Assembly: GCA_964536745.1 (NCBI GenBank)
Contig: CAZHYL010000006.1
Coordinates: forward strand, 1 to 54,551
Direction: 5' to 3'
DNA: 54,551 nucleotides
DNA from: an uncultured Candidatus Saccharibacteria bacterium
GTDB lineage: Bacteria; Patescibacteriota; Doudnabacteria; UBA920
Numbering within the stretch: the stretch's first letter is position 1; each line of letters begins with the position of its first letter. Under the pieces are notes generated by a model. That model worked only from the letters and a program-made list of their open reading frames with translations, ran no database searches and was not told where the DNA came from. The position numbers and the translations under genes are program-made. This document shows, one piece after another, positions 27,734-38,000 of the stretch.

Positions 27734-28126
27734 ATGTATACAGATCCAATTTCCGACATGTTAACAAGAATTCGAAATGCACTTGCAGCTGGCAAGCAAG
27801 ATTTAGTATTGCCATACTCCAAGTTCAAGCACAGCTTAGCCACAGTTCTTTTAGAAGAAGGGTTTTTGGCTGGTGTTAATGAACTACCAGGTCGCATTAA
27901 GATGTTACAGATTAACTTAAAGTATAATCCGAATGGTGGTCCAGTAATTTCTGGAATCAAGAGAATCAGTACCCCTGGTCAACGTATTTATATGCCAGTT
28001 GCCAAAATTCCTCGCACTAACGGTGGTTTTGGAGTTACTGTAGTTTCAACTTCTAAAGGTCTTGTTACAGATAAGCGCGCTCGTAAAGATCGCATTGGTG
28101 GCGAAGTAATCTGCCAGATTTGGTAA
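27734..28126 (+). CDS. rpsH: 30S ribosomal protein S8
   Basis: DPISDMLTRIRNA, STPGQRIY, STSKG. Confidence 0.98.
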   Translation: MYTDPISDMLTRIRNALAAGKQDLVLPYSKFKHSLATVLLEEGFLAGVNELPGRIKMLQINLKYNPNGGPVISGIKRISTPGQRIYMPVAKIPRTNGGFGVTVVSTSKGLVTDKRARKDRIGGEVICQIW

Positions 28127-28136
28127 TAATAAATAT

Positions 28137-28718
28137 ATGAGTAGAATAGGAAAAAAACCAGTTGTACTTCCAAACGGCATCACTGCCGAGTTGAAAGATA
28201 ATGTACTTACTATCAAAGGTAGTAAGGGTAGTTTAGAATTACCAATTCATCCAAAAGTAATGGTAGAAGTGAAAGATGGTGAAGTAATTGTTGATGTTGC
28301 GAAAAAAGAAGATAAGCGCGAGAAAGCCCTTTGGGGATTATTCCGATCTTTAGTACAGAATATGGTAGATGGAATCAATAGTGGATTTACCAAACAACTT
28401 GATGTTGTAGGGGTTGGATTCAAAGCAGAAATGCGCGGTCAAACTTTAGTGTTGAACTTAGGCTTTTCTCATCCGATTGATTTTGAAATTCCTGCTGGAG
28501 TAGAAGTAAAGGTAGAAAAGGATCCAGCTAAAGTTACTATCCAGCAGTATCAAACAACTATTACTTTAACTAGCATTGATAAACACCTTGTTGGTCAAGT
28601 TGCTGCTAATATTCGTGAGCTTAAGAAGCCAGAGCCTTATAAGGGTAAAGGTATTCGTTATAGCGACGAAAATATTTTGCGCAAGGCCGGTAAAGTTGTT
28701 AAGGCGGTAGGAAAATAA
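28137..28718 (+). CDS. rplF: 50S ribosomal protein L6
   Basis: [25 protein letters not shown]. Confidence 0.98.
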   Translation: MSRIGKKPVVLPNGITAELKDNVLTIKGSKGSLELPIHPKVMVEVKDGEVIVDVAKKEDKREKALWGLFRSLVQNMVDGINSGFTKQLDVVGVGFKAEMRGQTLVLNLGFSHPIDFEIPAGVEVKVEKDPAKVTIQQYQTTITLTSIDKHLVGQVAANIRELKKPEPYKGKGIRYSDENILRKAGKVVKAVGK

Positions 28719-28719
28719 T

Positions 28720-29076
28720 ATGACTAATAAGCAACAGTACAAACAATTAAAGCATCAGCTCCGCAAAGGTCGTGTTCGTGCTCGCGTAAGCGGTACCGAA
28801 TCTCGCCCTAGATTGTCTATTTTTAGATCCAATAGCCAAATTTACGCTCAGATTATAGATGACGTTAATGCAAAGACATTAGCATCCAGCTCTAGTTTGA
28901 ACTTAAAAGCTAGTGGTGATAAAACAGCTCATGCGGTTGCGGTTGGTAAAAGTATCGCGGAACAAGCTATTGCAAAGGGTGTAAAGGCAGTTGTTTTTGA
29001 TCGTGGTGGATATAAATATCATGGCCGAGTTAAAGCATTAGCAGACGCGGCTCGTGAGGCAGGACTTCAATTTTAA
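28720..29076 (+). CDS. rplR: 50S ribosomal protein L18
   Basis: [21 protein letters not shown]. Confidence 0.98.
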   Translation: MTNKQQYKQLKHQLRKGRVRARVSGTESRPRLSIFRSNSQIYAQIIDDVNAKTLASSSSLNLKASGDKTAHAVAVGKSIAEQAIAKGVKAVVFDRGGYKYHGRVKALADAAREAGLQF

Positions 29077-29087
29077 GAACTAATACT

Positions 29088-29594
29088 ATGGAAAAACGAC
29101 AACGAAAAAATAATTCCCGAGACAATAACGATAAGCAAGCTCGCGAATTCGATCAGAAGGTAGTAGAAATCAAGCGCGTTACCCGTGTAGTTGCGGGTGG
29201 TAAGCGTATGCGTTTTCGTGCTTTAGTGGTAATCGGTGATCACAAAGGTAAGGTTGGAATTGGATTAAAGAAAGGTATGGATGTGACCGAAAGTGTTAAC
29301 AAAGCTGTGAACGCTGCTAAGAAAAGCATGATTACTGTTCCGATTGTAAATGAAACTATTCCTCACGAAGTCAAGATTAAGTACAAGAGCAGTAAACTTC
29401 TTATGATGCCAGCTCGTCCTGGTACTGGTGTAATCGCTGGTGGAGCAGTTCGTAGCGTACTCGATCTTGCTGGTGTGAAGAATGTTATTAGCAAAATGAT
29501 TGGCTCGAACAATAAAACAAATAATGTTCGTGCTGCCTTCGAAGCTTTTAAAACTCTCCGCAGTAAAGAAGAAATAATGAGCACCCGTAAATAA
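29088..29594 (+). CDS. rpsE: 30S ribosomal protein S5
   Basis: RVTRVVAGGKR, GTGVIAGG. Confidence 0.98.
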   Translation: MEKRQRKNNSRDNNDKQAREFDQKVVEIKRVTRVVAGGKRMRFRALVVIGDHKGKVGIGLKKGMDVTESVNKAVNAAKKSMITVPIVNETIPHEVKIKYKSSKLLMMPARPGTGVIAGGAVRSVLDLAGVKNVISKMIGSNNKTNNVRAAFEAFKTLRSKEEIMSTRK

Positions 29595-29642
29595 CCATAG
29601 CTTCATCCCTCATTTTGAGAATGAATAACTATCTAAACTATT

Positions 29643-30077
29643 ATGATTAAATTACATCAATTAAAACGTCATCCAAAGTCTACTAAGCGCCGCAAAGTTG
29701 TTGGTCGCGGTATTGGTAGTGGGCACGGTACATACTCTACCCGTGGTGCAAAAGGGCAAAAGGCTCGCAGTGGCCACTCTAAAACTCCTGCCCGTTTTGA
29801 AGGTGGAAGACAGCCTTTGATCCGTCAAATTCCAAAAGGCCGAGGATTCAAGAGTTTAAGTGAAAGTGCATTTGCGGTTAAGCTCGATTTATTAAACATC
29901 TTTAATGACGGTGATGAAGTTACTCTAAACAGTTTGAAGGCTAAAGGGATTGTGGATGCTGGTATCGGTAGAGTTAAAATTTTAAAGGGTGATATCAAGC
30001 GTAAATTAGTAGTTCGTGTTTCTACCTCTGCCACAGCAAAGTCTGCGATTGAAGCCGCAGGTGGTAGTGTAAAATAA
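29643..30077 (+). CDS. rplO: 50S ribosomal protein L15
   Basis: VGRGIGSGHG, RGAKGQKARSG, FEGG. Confidence 0.97.
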   Translation: MIKLHQLKRHPKSTKRRKVVGRGIGSGHGTYSTRGAKGQKARSGHSKTPARFEGGRQPLIRQIPKGRGFKSLSESAFAVKLDLLNIFNDGDEVTLNSLKAKGIVDAGIGRVKILKGDIKRKLVVRVSTSATAKSAIEAAGGSVK

Positions 30078-30087
30078 CAAAATTTAG

Positions 30088-30122
30088 ATATGCCATCTTT
30101 GGTTTCACTAGAGATGGCATAT
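30088..30122. repeat. Perfect hairpin between rplO and secY
   Basis: ATATGCCATCTTTGG-TTTCA-CTAGAGATGGCATAT, no T-run. Confidence 0.7.
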
Positions 30123-30140
30123 ATTGTATAATATAAATCT

Positions 30141-31418
30141 ATGAATAAACTTAATCTGATTTGGAAAACTAAGGATTTACGATGGAAAATCGCCATTGTT
30201 CTTGGTTTGTTATTGTTAACAAGAGTTTTGGCAAACATCCCAATTCCTGGGGTAAGTGTTCAGGGTTTAAGAACATTTTTTGAAAGCAACCAGTTTTTAA
30301 ATTTATTGAATATCTTTTCTGGCGGTGGCCTAAGTAATTTTTCGATAGCTATGCTTGGTGTAGGCCCATACATCACTGCCTCTATTATTATGCAGTTATT
30401 AACTATGGTTGTACCTTCCTTAACTGAGCTACAAAAGGAAAGTGGAGAAGCTGGTCGTCAAAAAATTAATCAATATACACGCTTTTTAACCATTCCTTTA
30501 TCTGTGCTTTCAGGATTTGGAACAATTAGATTACTGCAAAGCCAGGGTGGGGCGGAATTATTAGGTGTATTTTCTCCTTTCCAATGGTTCTTAACTTTAT
30601 TAACTGTAACTGCTGGAACTTTGCTAGTAATGTGGATTGGTGAAATCATTTCTGAATATGGTATCGGAAATGGGCTTTCCTTGATTATTTTTGCTGGTAT
30701 CGTTGCTCAGCTTCCAAGTAGTATAAGTAATCTAATTTCGTTATACGACCCAAGTCAGCTTCCAACTATAATTGGTTTTGCTATTGTTGCGATTTTGGTA
30801 ATCGCTGGAGTTGTGTTTGTAACCGAAGCTCAGCGAAATGTCCCGGTTTCTTATGCAAAACGTATGCAGGGAGATCGTCAGCTGGGTGGGGTAGATTCTC
30901 ATTTACCATTAAGACTGAATCAGGCTGGTGTAATTCCAATTATCTTCGCTATCTCCTTATTGTTATTCCCAGCGATTATTGCCCAATTCTTCTTAAATGC
31001 TAAAACTCCATTGCTTGCAGAAATAGCGAGTAAGGCTATGCAGTTCACTAATAATCAGGGGTTGTGGTATGGTGTTGCATATTTCGTATTGGTTGTATTG
31101 TTTACTTATTTCTATACCAATGTTGTGGTTAATCCAGATGAAGTCTCTCAGAATTTACAAAGAAGTGGTGGTTTTATCCCAGGAATTAGACCTGGTCGTC
31201 AAACAGCAGACTACTTGTACAAAGTTTTAAATCGTATTACTTTACCAGGGTCTTTATTTTTGGGTGGAATCGCGATTTTGCCATTTATTCTTCAAACTTG
31301 GACTGGAACTCAAGCATTAACTTTTGGTGGAACCGGCTTGCTGATCGTCGTTTCTGTTGTAATTGAAAGTATTAAGCAGGTTGAGGCGCAGCTTACCATG
31401 CACGACTACCAATCTTAA
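30141..31418 (+). CDS. secY: Preprotein translocase subunit SecY
   Basis: FSIAMLGVGPYITASII, GIGNGLSLIIF, GGFIPGIRPG, GGTGLLIVV. Confidence 0.98.
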   Translation: MNKLNLIWKTKDLRWKIAIVLGLLLLTRVLANIPIPGVSVQGLRTFFESNQFLNLLNIFSGGGLSNFSIAMLGVGPYITASIIMQLLTMVVPSLTELQKESGEAGRQKINQYTRFLTIPLSVLSGFGTIRLLQSQGGAELLGVFSPFQWFLTLLTVTAGTLLVMWIGEIISEYGIGNGLSLIIFAGIVAQLPSSISNLISLYDPSQLPTIIGFAIVAILVIAGVVFVTEAQRNVPVSYAKRMQGDRQLGGVDSHLPLRLNQAGVIPIIFAISLLLFPAIIAQFFLNAKTPLLAEIASKAMQFTNNQGLWYGVAYFVLVVLFTYFYTNVVVNPDEVSQNLQRSGGFIPGIRPGRQTADYLYKVLNRITLPGSLFLGGIAILPFILQTWTGTQALTFGGTGLLIVVSVVIESIKQVEAQLTMHDYQS

Positions 31419-31425
31419 TATATCC

Positions 31426-31548
31426 AGACCTCATAATTTGCTCATAGGCTTTGTTGTTTACTTCCGTACTCGCTTTGCGTACCATTAAGTACGCGTCGCT
31501 CGTACTCAGTAAACGCCTCGCCTCTAAACAAATTCTGAGGTCTTTTTT
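31426..31548. repeat. Long interrupted hairpin after secY, ending in a T-run (probable terminator role), with a partial second copy
   Basis: AGACCTCA/TGAGGTCT, AATTTG/CAAATT, GTTTACT/AGTAAAC, GCGTAC/GTACGC. 18-bp CTCGCCTCTAAACAAATT at 31517 and again at 31627. Confidence 0.75.
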
Positions 31549-31734
31549 AATAACAAAGTTTCTTTCATATTTTGCTTCTCGAACTTTTCTCAAAAATGAG
31601 CTTCTTTCTTTTGATGCTGAAAACGGCTCGCCTCTAAACAAATTTTTGAGGCTTTTTTATTTGATATTCCTGCAGTTCTTCAGAATTGCGCTGGGTAGTC
31701 AAAACCCACTCATTTATGGTATAATAATATCAAT

Positions 31735-32091
31735 ATGGATATACAAAAACGTAATAATGAAATTCTATCAAACCCAGATTTAAATGTTCCTGCTCAGGAA
31801 GAATTAGCTCAAACTTTGGAACAACAGCCTAGTACTGTAGTGCAAGCTGAAAATACTGCTGAAGCGACAGAACCGGTAGCTGCACAATCTATAGATTTGG
31901 CGCAGCCAGAATCGCTTACTATTGAACCAGATGTTTCAAGTAATTCTGATGCACAAGAACCAGAAAAGACCGATGAAACCTTAAATGATGCATTAGTGCA
32001 TCAAAGTGCTGAAACAAGTAGTGAAGCAAGTTTTTTAAATGATATTGCAACTGGAGAAACTCCTGTAGAGAAATTGAATTCTATTCTCTAG
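31735..32091 (+). CDS. Acidic low-complexity hypothetical protein
   Basis: Follows TGGTATAAT (31717-31725), Glu/Gln/Thr-rich. Confidence 0.6.
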   Translation: MDIQKRNNEILSNPDLNVPAQEELAQTLEQQPSTVVQAENTAEATEPVAAQSIDLAQPESLTIEPDVSSNSDAQEPEKTDETLNDALVHQSAETSSEASFLNDIATGETPVEKLNSIL

Positions 32092-32120
32092 AAATTAAAC
32101 CAAACTAAACAAAAACAAAA

Positions 32121-34679
32121 ATGCCCTTTGGGATGGATTTGGATACGATCTTAATAGCCAGCTCACTACTATTTGTTTTAATAGTAGTCTTTTTTGCATT
32201 TGCGGCTTATTACTTACATAGACACTGGTATTACACAAAAGTCATTCTGCCACGTACCAAAAACTGGGTTTTCTTGGAAATTCAGATGCCTAAAGATAAC
32301 AGTGAAGATAAAGAAAGATATCAACGAGATGAAGAGCGTAAAAATTTAATTGGAATCGCAGAACAACTTTTTACAACTCTTTCTGGAATAAGTAATGAAA
32401 AATGGTTTTGGCAACCAAAAGAGTATATCAGTTTTGAGATCGCATGTATCGACAAAAAGATTTCTTTTTACATAAATTGCCCTCGAAGTTTGCAGGAGCT
32501 TATTGAAAAACAAATCCAAGCTCAATATCCTCACGCTTTTATTGAAGAGATAAAAGGCTATAATCCATTTCCGAAGACAGGTGAGATGGAAGCGACAGAG
32601 TTGAAATTGAATAAGCAATACATGTTTCCATTCCGAACTTATAAGAGTATGGAAACTGATCCGCTTAACGCGTTAACTAACGCCATGTCTAAATTAGGTG
32701 ATGGAGAAGGCGCAGCGATTCAGATAATCCTATATCCTGCAGGTCAACATTGGCAGCACAAGCCACGTCATATGGCACTGGAAATTCAGCAAGGTAAAAA
32801 TCCTAATATTGTGGCCAAGAGCGCCACGGGTAGGTTCTTTAAAGAAGTTGGCGGTGGATTGAAGGATAGTGTGATAGGTGGAATGAAACCAACGCAAGAT
32901 CAGATGCAACAACGTACCGATTTATCTGGGCGATACTCGGCTATCAATTTAACTCCTATGCAGCAAGAGATGGTTAAGAGATTTGAAGAAAAGGCCAGTC
33001 GCCCAGGTTTTAATACTAACGTTAGAATAATTACTGCTTCTGAAACGCCAGGGAGTGCGAAAGTTAACATGCACAATTTGGTATCGTCGTTTTTGCAGTA
33101 TAATATGCCACCTTTTAATGGCTTTCATATAAAAAAGCGAGCCAAGAAGCGAATAGTTAAGGACTTCATTTTTAGAATTTACCGTCGTTATGGACGAAAA
33201 AGTATTTTAAATACCGAGGAATTGGCTAGTTTGTGGCATCTTCCAACTCCGTTCCTCGAGACTCCTAATATAAAATGGTTACTTTCTAAGAAAGCTCCAC
33301 CGCCAATTAACTTGCCTAGCGAGGGAATTTTACTTGGCCGGAATATTTACCGTGGTCAGGAAACCAAGATTTTAATGGCACGCGATGATCGCCGTAGGCA
33401 TATGTATATTTTGGGTCGCACCGGCGTTGGTAAAACAGAAATCATGAAATATATGTCTGTTCAGGACATAAAGAACGGTGACGGCTTGTGTATTATCGAT
33501 CCTCACGGTGATTTTATCGAGGATGTTTTACCACACATTCCAAAAGAACGAGCAGAAGACGTAATCTTGTTTGACCCGTTCGATACTGAAAGACCACTTG
33601 GTTTGAATATGTTAGAAGTCACTAGTGAAGGTCAAAAAGATTTTGCGGTTCAGGAAATGATTTCAATTTTTTATAAGTTGGTTACAGACCCTGCGATGCT
33701 CGGCCCAATGTTTGAACATAATATGCGCAATGCGATGTTAACTTTGATGGCAGATGAAGAACATCCAGGGACAATAGTTGAAATTCCAAGAATCTTTACT
33801 GATGTAGAATTCCAGAAGTATAAAATTTCTAAACTGAAAGATCCGGTTGTAAGGGCATTCTGGGAAAAAGAAATGGCAAAGACTTCAGATTTTCACAAGT
33901 CAGAAATGCTTGGTTACTTGGTGTCTAAAGTTGGTCGCTTCGTAGAAAACTCTATGATGAGAAATATTGTTGGTCAGCCAAAGAGTGCCTTTAATTTCCG
34001 CGAAATTATGGATGAAGGAAAGATTTTACTTGTGAACTTAGCTAAAGGTAAAGTTGGGGAAATGAATGCGAAGTTAATCGGATTAATTTTAGTGAGTAAG
34101 ATTCAAATGGCAGCGCTATCGCGTGCCGATACTCCAGAAAGTGAGCGAAAAGATTTTTATCTTTATGTTGATGAGTTTCAGAATTTTATTACCGATGCCT
34201 TTTCTTCAATTTTGAGTGAAGCTCGAAAATACAAGCTTAATTTAATTATTGGTCATCAGTTCTTGGCTCAATTACAGCAACAAGCAGGGGCTCAAGGTGC
34301 TGGGAGTAGTGATTTACGTGATGCTGTGTTCGGTAATGCAGGAAGTATGGTGACTTTCCGTATCGGTGTCGAAGACTCCGAAGTAATGGCTAAAGAATTT
34401 GCCCCAACCTTTAATGAGTTTGATTTGCTTAATGTAGATAGATTTAATGCTTTCGTAAAATTGATGATCAAAGGCACTGCTTCCAAACCTTTTAATATGG
34501 CAACCTATCCATTACCAAAACCTACCGAAGCAGAAAAGAAAGTTGGGGAAGCTATTAAACAGTTATCTAGGTTAAAATTTGGAAGAGCTAGGGCAGAGGT
34601 GGAAGAAGAAATTTTAGAGGCTAGTCAGGTAGCGGAGATGATGTCGGCTGGCCCAGCAGGTATCGAAAAAACTACTTAG
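32121..34679 (+). CDS. Type IV secretion coupling protein-like ATPase (VirD4/TraG/TrwB-HerA type) with N-terminal TM
   Basis: HMYILGRTGVGKT Walker A, LYVDEFQNF Walker B, SEARKYKLNLIIGHQ. Confidence 0.88.
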   Translation: MPFGMDLDTILIASSLLFVLIVVFFAFAAYYLHRHWYYTKVILPRTKNWVFLEIQMPKDNSEDKERYQRDEERKNLIGIAEQLFTTLSGISNEKWFWQPKEYISFEIACIDKKISFYINCPRSLQELIEKQIQAQYPHAFIEEIKGYNPFPKTGEMEATELKLNKQYMFPFRTYKSMETDPLNALTNAMSKLGDGEGAAIQIILYPAGQHWQHKPRHMALEIQQGKNPNIVAKSATGRFFKEVGGGLKDSVIGGMKPTQDQMQQRTDLSGRYSAINLTPMQQEMVKRFEEKASRPGFNTNVRIITASETPGSAKVNMHNLVSSFLQYNMPPFNGFHIKKRAKKRIVKDFIFRIYRRYGRKSILNTEELASLWHLPTPFLETPNIKWLLSKKAPPPINLPSEGILLGRNIYRGQETKILMARDDRRRHMYILGRTGVGKTEIMKYMSVQDIKNGDGLCIIDPHGDFIEDVLPHIPKERAEDVILFDPFDTERPLGLNMLEVTSEGQKDFAVQEMISIFYKLVTDPAMLGPMFEHNMRNAMLTLMADEEHPGTIVEIPRIFTDVEFQKYKISKLKDPVVRAFWEKEMAKTSDFHKSEMLGYLVSKVGRFVENSMMRNIVGQPKSAFNFREIMDEGKILLVNLAKGKVGEMNAKLIGLILVSKIQMAALSRADTPESERKDFYLYVDEFQNFITDAFSSILSEARKYKLNLIIGHQFLAQLQQQAGAQGAGSSDLRDAVFGNAGSMVTFRIGVEDSEVMAKEFAPTFNEFDLLNVDRFNAFVKLMIKGTASKPFNMATYPLPKPTEAEKKVGEAIKQLSRLKFGRARAEVEEEILEASQVAEMMSAGPAGIEKTT

Positions 34680-34726
34680 CGCGTGGTATAATAAATTTAA
34701 CTATTGAAATTACATCGGACACAAAA

Positions 34727-35032
34727 ATGAACGAAAATCAACCAGAGATAGAAGTATTTTTAGATGCTTTGCTCGCTGAAAAGGGCTTGGGAATGGCTCC
34801 AGATTCCGTGAGGCAACAATTAAAAGAAGATCTCATGCCAAGACTAGAGAAGTGGTTGGTGGCTGATATTTTTCAACATTTAACAGAACAGCAAGCTCAA
34901 GAGTTTGATGAATTTTTAAATTCAACTCCGAGTCAAGAACAAATTACCGAGAAGTTTAAAAAATTCATTCCCAATTACGAAGATGTGTATCGTGAATCAA
35001 TGTTGAGTTTTAAGCAAACTTATCTTTCTTAA
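34727..35032 (+). CDS. Small helical protein, DUF5663-like
   Basis: Acidic 101-aa protein (LTEQQAQEFDEFL...IPNYE). Family assignment is from memory. Confidence 0.55.
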   Translation: MNENQPEIEVFLDALLAEKGLGMAPDSVRQQLKEDLMPRLEKWLVADIFQHLTEQQAQEFDEFLNSTPSQEQITEKFKKFIPNYEDVYRESMLSFKQTYLS

Positions 35033-35034
35033 TT

Positions 35035-38000
35035 ATGGAAAAGCAACCAGATCAAACGCCTCCAACACCCCTTACTCCAGACAAAGGTTTCGAGGAAACA
35101 TTTAATAATCCAGAGGCGGCTAAGCAAGCTGGGGAGACTGCCGAAGCTCAGCAACTGCGTGAGCAAAAAGAGCAGGTTGAAAAACAGCGAGAAGAAATAA
35201 AGCAGGCTTTAGAGAAATCAATCGTTACTCTAAAGAAATTTTTAGAAGACAATAAAGAAAAATTGTCCGATTTAGAGCGTGCCAAGATTGAATGGGCAGT
35301 GAATTCAGCAGAAAATGCCAAAAAAGAATCTTTGGATAAGGACGATGATGAATATTTGGTAAAAATTCTAAAACCAGATGGTTCGGTTACAAAAGATGCT
35401 GAAGGGAATGAAATCCAACGGAAAGAGGGTGTGCCAGTAGACGGATTAAAAGAGGCATTAGATTTAGTTGCCGAAGTTCAGAAATCAAGTAAAGAACAAA
35501 AAGAATTAGCTAGCGATAAAATCAAGCAAGCTAATGAAGTTTTGGAATACCTAAAAACCCAAGATGGGCTTGGGATTACAAAACGAGAAAATTTACAAAA
35601 CTTTTTAGATAAAAATGCCCCAGAGTTAAAATCAGACTTAGAGAATTTAGTGACTGAATGGCTTAAGCATGACCAAGATCCTTCAGGTCAGCATCACAAT
35701 GAAGTAGCAGATTCTGGAGAGTATAATTTTAAATTTTATCTAGCACAGCTAGCCGAAGCTTCCCGGCAATTACAAAGCAAGTATCAAGAACAGGCAAACA
35801 CCCCTGAACTAACTCTTGCTTTAACACCTGAAGAACTTTCAAAAATAAGGGAAACCCTACAAAATTCTTCAAAGGATTATTTTGAGACCCATTATGCTAA
35901 AAAGCATGGGCTCGGTTTAACGAAGGAAGAATCTGATCAGCAACACTTGTTTACCGAACGCGAGGCTGGATTTATAGATGAAGACACGGATTTGAGATTG
36001 ATTTTAGAAAGCAAGTATCAAGATCAAATTCCGAAATATTCAGAGTTAAGTCGGCCAGAGCAAAATTATCAGTTAGCTATGTTGGCATTGCGTGACCGTG
36101 AAGTTTTGGAAATGCCGAAAGTTCCAGAAGCAGCCGCAGAACCAGAACCTAATCCAGAACTCATTCAACCTACCCAAGAGCAAACCCCTGAAGAGGTTAA
36201 AAAGATTTTGCTTATCAATATTGATGAGATCGCGAAAAGTATGGCATGGCGTAAAGCTGAGCATAAACTCAATGAGTTTTTCCGCAATTCTGGTTATCTA
36301 AAAAAGGTTTGGAAGTCTTTTTCAGAAGATTACTACCGCGTTAAATATTATCAGGAAGCTCTTAAGGAAATCACGACCAATAATTCTTTATTAGAAGCAA
36401 TTCGCGGACGCTTGGAAGGTCAGAAGGTAGCAAGTACTAATCCAGAGCTAAAAGATTATTTCCAATTATTAGATCAGATTATTGAACAGTACGAACAGAA
36501 CTTAGTTAATACAGGAGAAAAAGGTTCTGAGCTTGGTCAAACACCAGAGGTCGCAGATTTAGTCGCGAGGATGATTTCTGCTCACGCTAGTGGGGATATC
36601 CGTCAGTGGCAGGCTTTGGGGGCAGAGTATGCTGATCCTGGCATGGACGAACGTGCTCGAGTGGAATTGTTCGTAAGAAATGAAATCGCTCCAAAAATTT
36701 CAGGAGCTAATTGGGGTAATCAACCTGCAGGCAAAGTAGGAAGGTTTTCGAAATGGATGAATCGCGGAAAAGGTGAGCCAAGTGATAAATCGATTTACGC
36801 AAATAATTTGTGGAAGATTGCAGAGCAGTATAAGGCTGGTCAAGAAAAACAGCGTGCCGATTACATGAAGTGGACTGAAGGTGAGCTGACTCCAGAACAA
36901 AAAGCAGAGTTAGAAGCAAAACTTGCCGAGCACATGAAAGGTGTTCGCGAGTTAGATATTCAATTAGGAACCAAAGAACGAGATTTATATAACAACAAGC
37001 CAAAGGGTGTTTTGAAATTATATGAAAAAGTTTTAGATGCTGCCGAAGGTAAGTGGTATGGAAAGTTACTCGCAAACCCATTAACTATTGGTATAGGTAC
37101 GGCCTTAGCCTCAAGAGGAACTATGAGCGCTTTGCGTTACGGTGGAATCGCGGCAGGTAGCGTGGCAGGGGTTGCTTTATCCCCGTATATTCTTCCTATT
37201 ATTGCTGGTGGTTTAGCGGGTGGTGCATATCGTGCTTTTCGCACTAACAAAGATTTAAAATACGACTTAGCAAGAGAGCGTCGCAATGAGACCTTAGGTG
37301 GTGATAAATCTTTATTATTAAACGAGCGTGGTGGCTTACGGTATGGTGGTATGGGATATAACGAAGCCTTGGGTGCATTAAATAGATTTCAGGGACGCGA
37401 TTTTGCTTCTTTATCTGATGATGAAAAGCAAGGTATTGCAGAACTTAAAGCCATGCGCGATTTTGAAAAACAAACTGGTAATAAAGTAGATTTGTTTTTT
37501 GCGGATGATGAATCTGGCTCAAAAACTGGCAGTGTTATTGGTTTACGTAACCAATTAGACTTAGCATTGCGTCAGTGGGAATCGCAGGTGGATCAAGCTG
37601 CTGTTAGTAGTGCGATGAATCGACTGAAAGGAGAGGTGGATAAAACTGATAAGGCAGAAAAATCTTTCCGGCACCGTAGGGCAGCGGTTTCTGGTACAGT
37701 AGGTGCTGTGGTTGGTATGGGGGCAGGGTTAGCAGCTCAAGAAGGAATCTACATTCTTGGCCGTAATTTAGGCTTGATGGAGACTAATCGTAGCAGTGCT
37801 CTAGAATATATTGCAGACAAATACACTGGAAGTGCAGAGCATAGTTGGAACTCCTTTGTGGGTAGGGCTAATAATTTAACTGTTGAAGGTGATCCGTATG
37901 TGTTTGTAGATCCTGCGACAGGAACAAAATATACTGCAGAGCAAGCTTTGGCTCTAAAGAGTTCTAGGCCAAAATTCAATATTGAAGATTTAAAAAGAGA

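Noticed and set aside
31393-31783. ORFs 31393-31641 (-) and 31451-31783 (+)
   Set aside because: They coincide with the post-secY hairpin repeats and have no credible start context.
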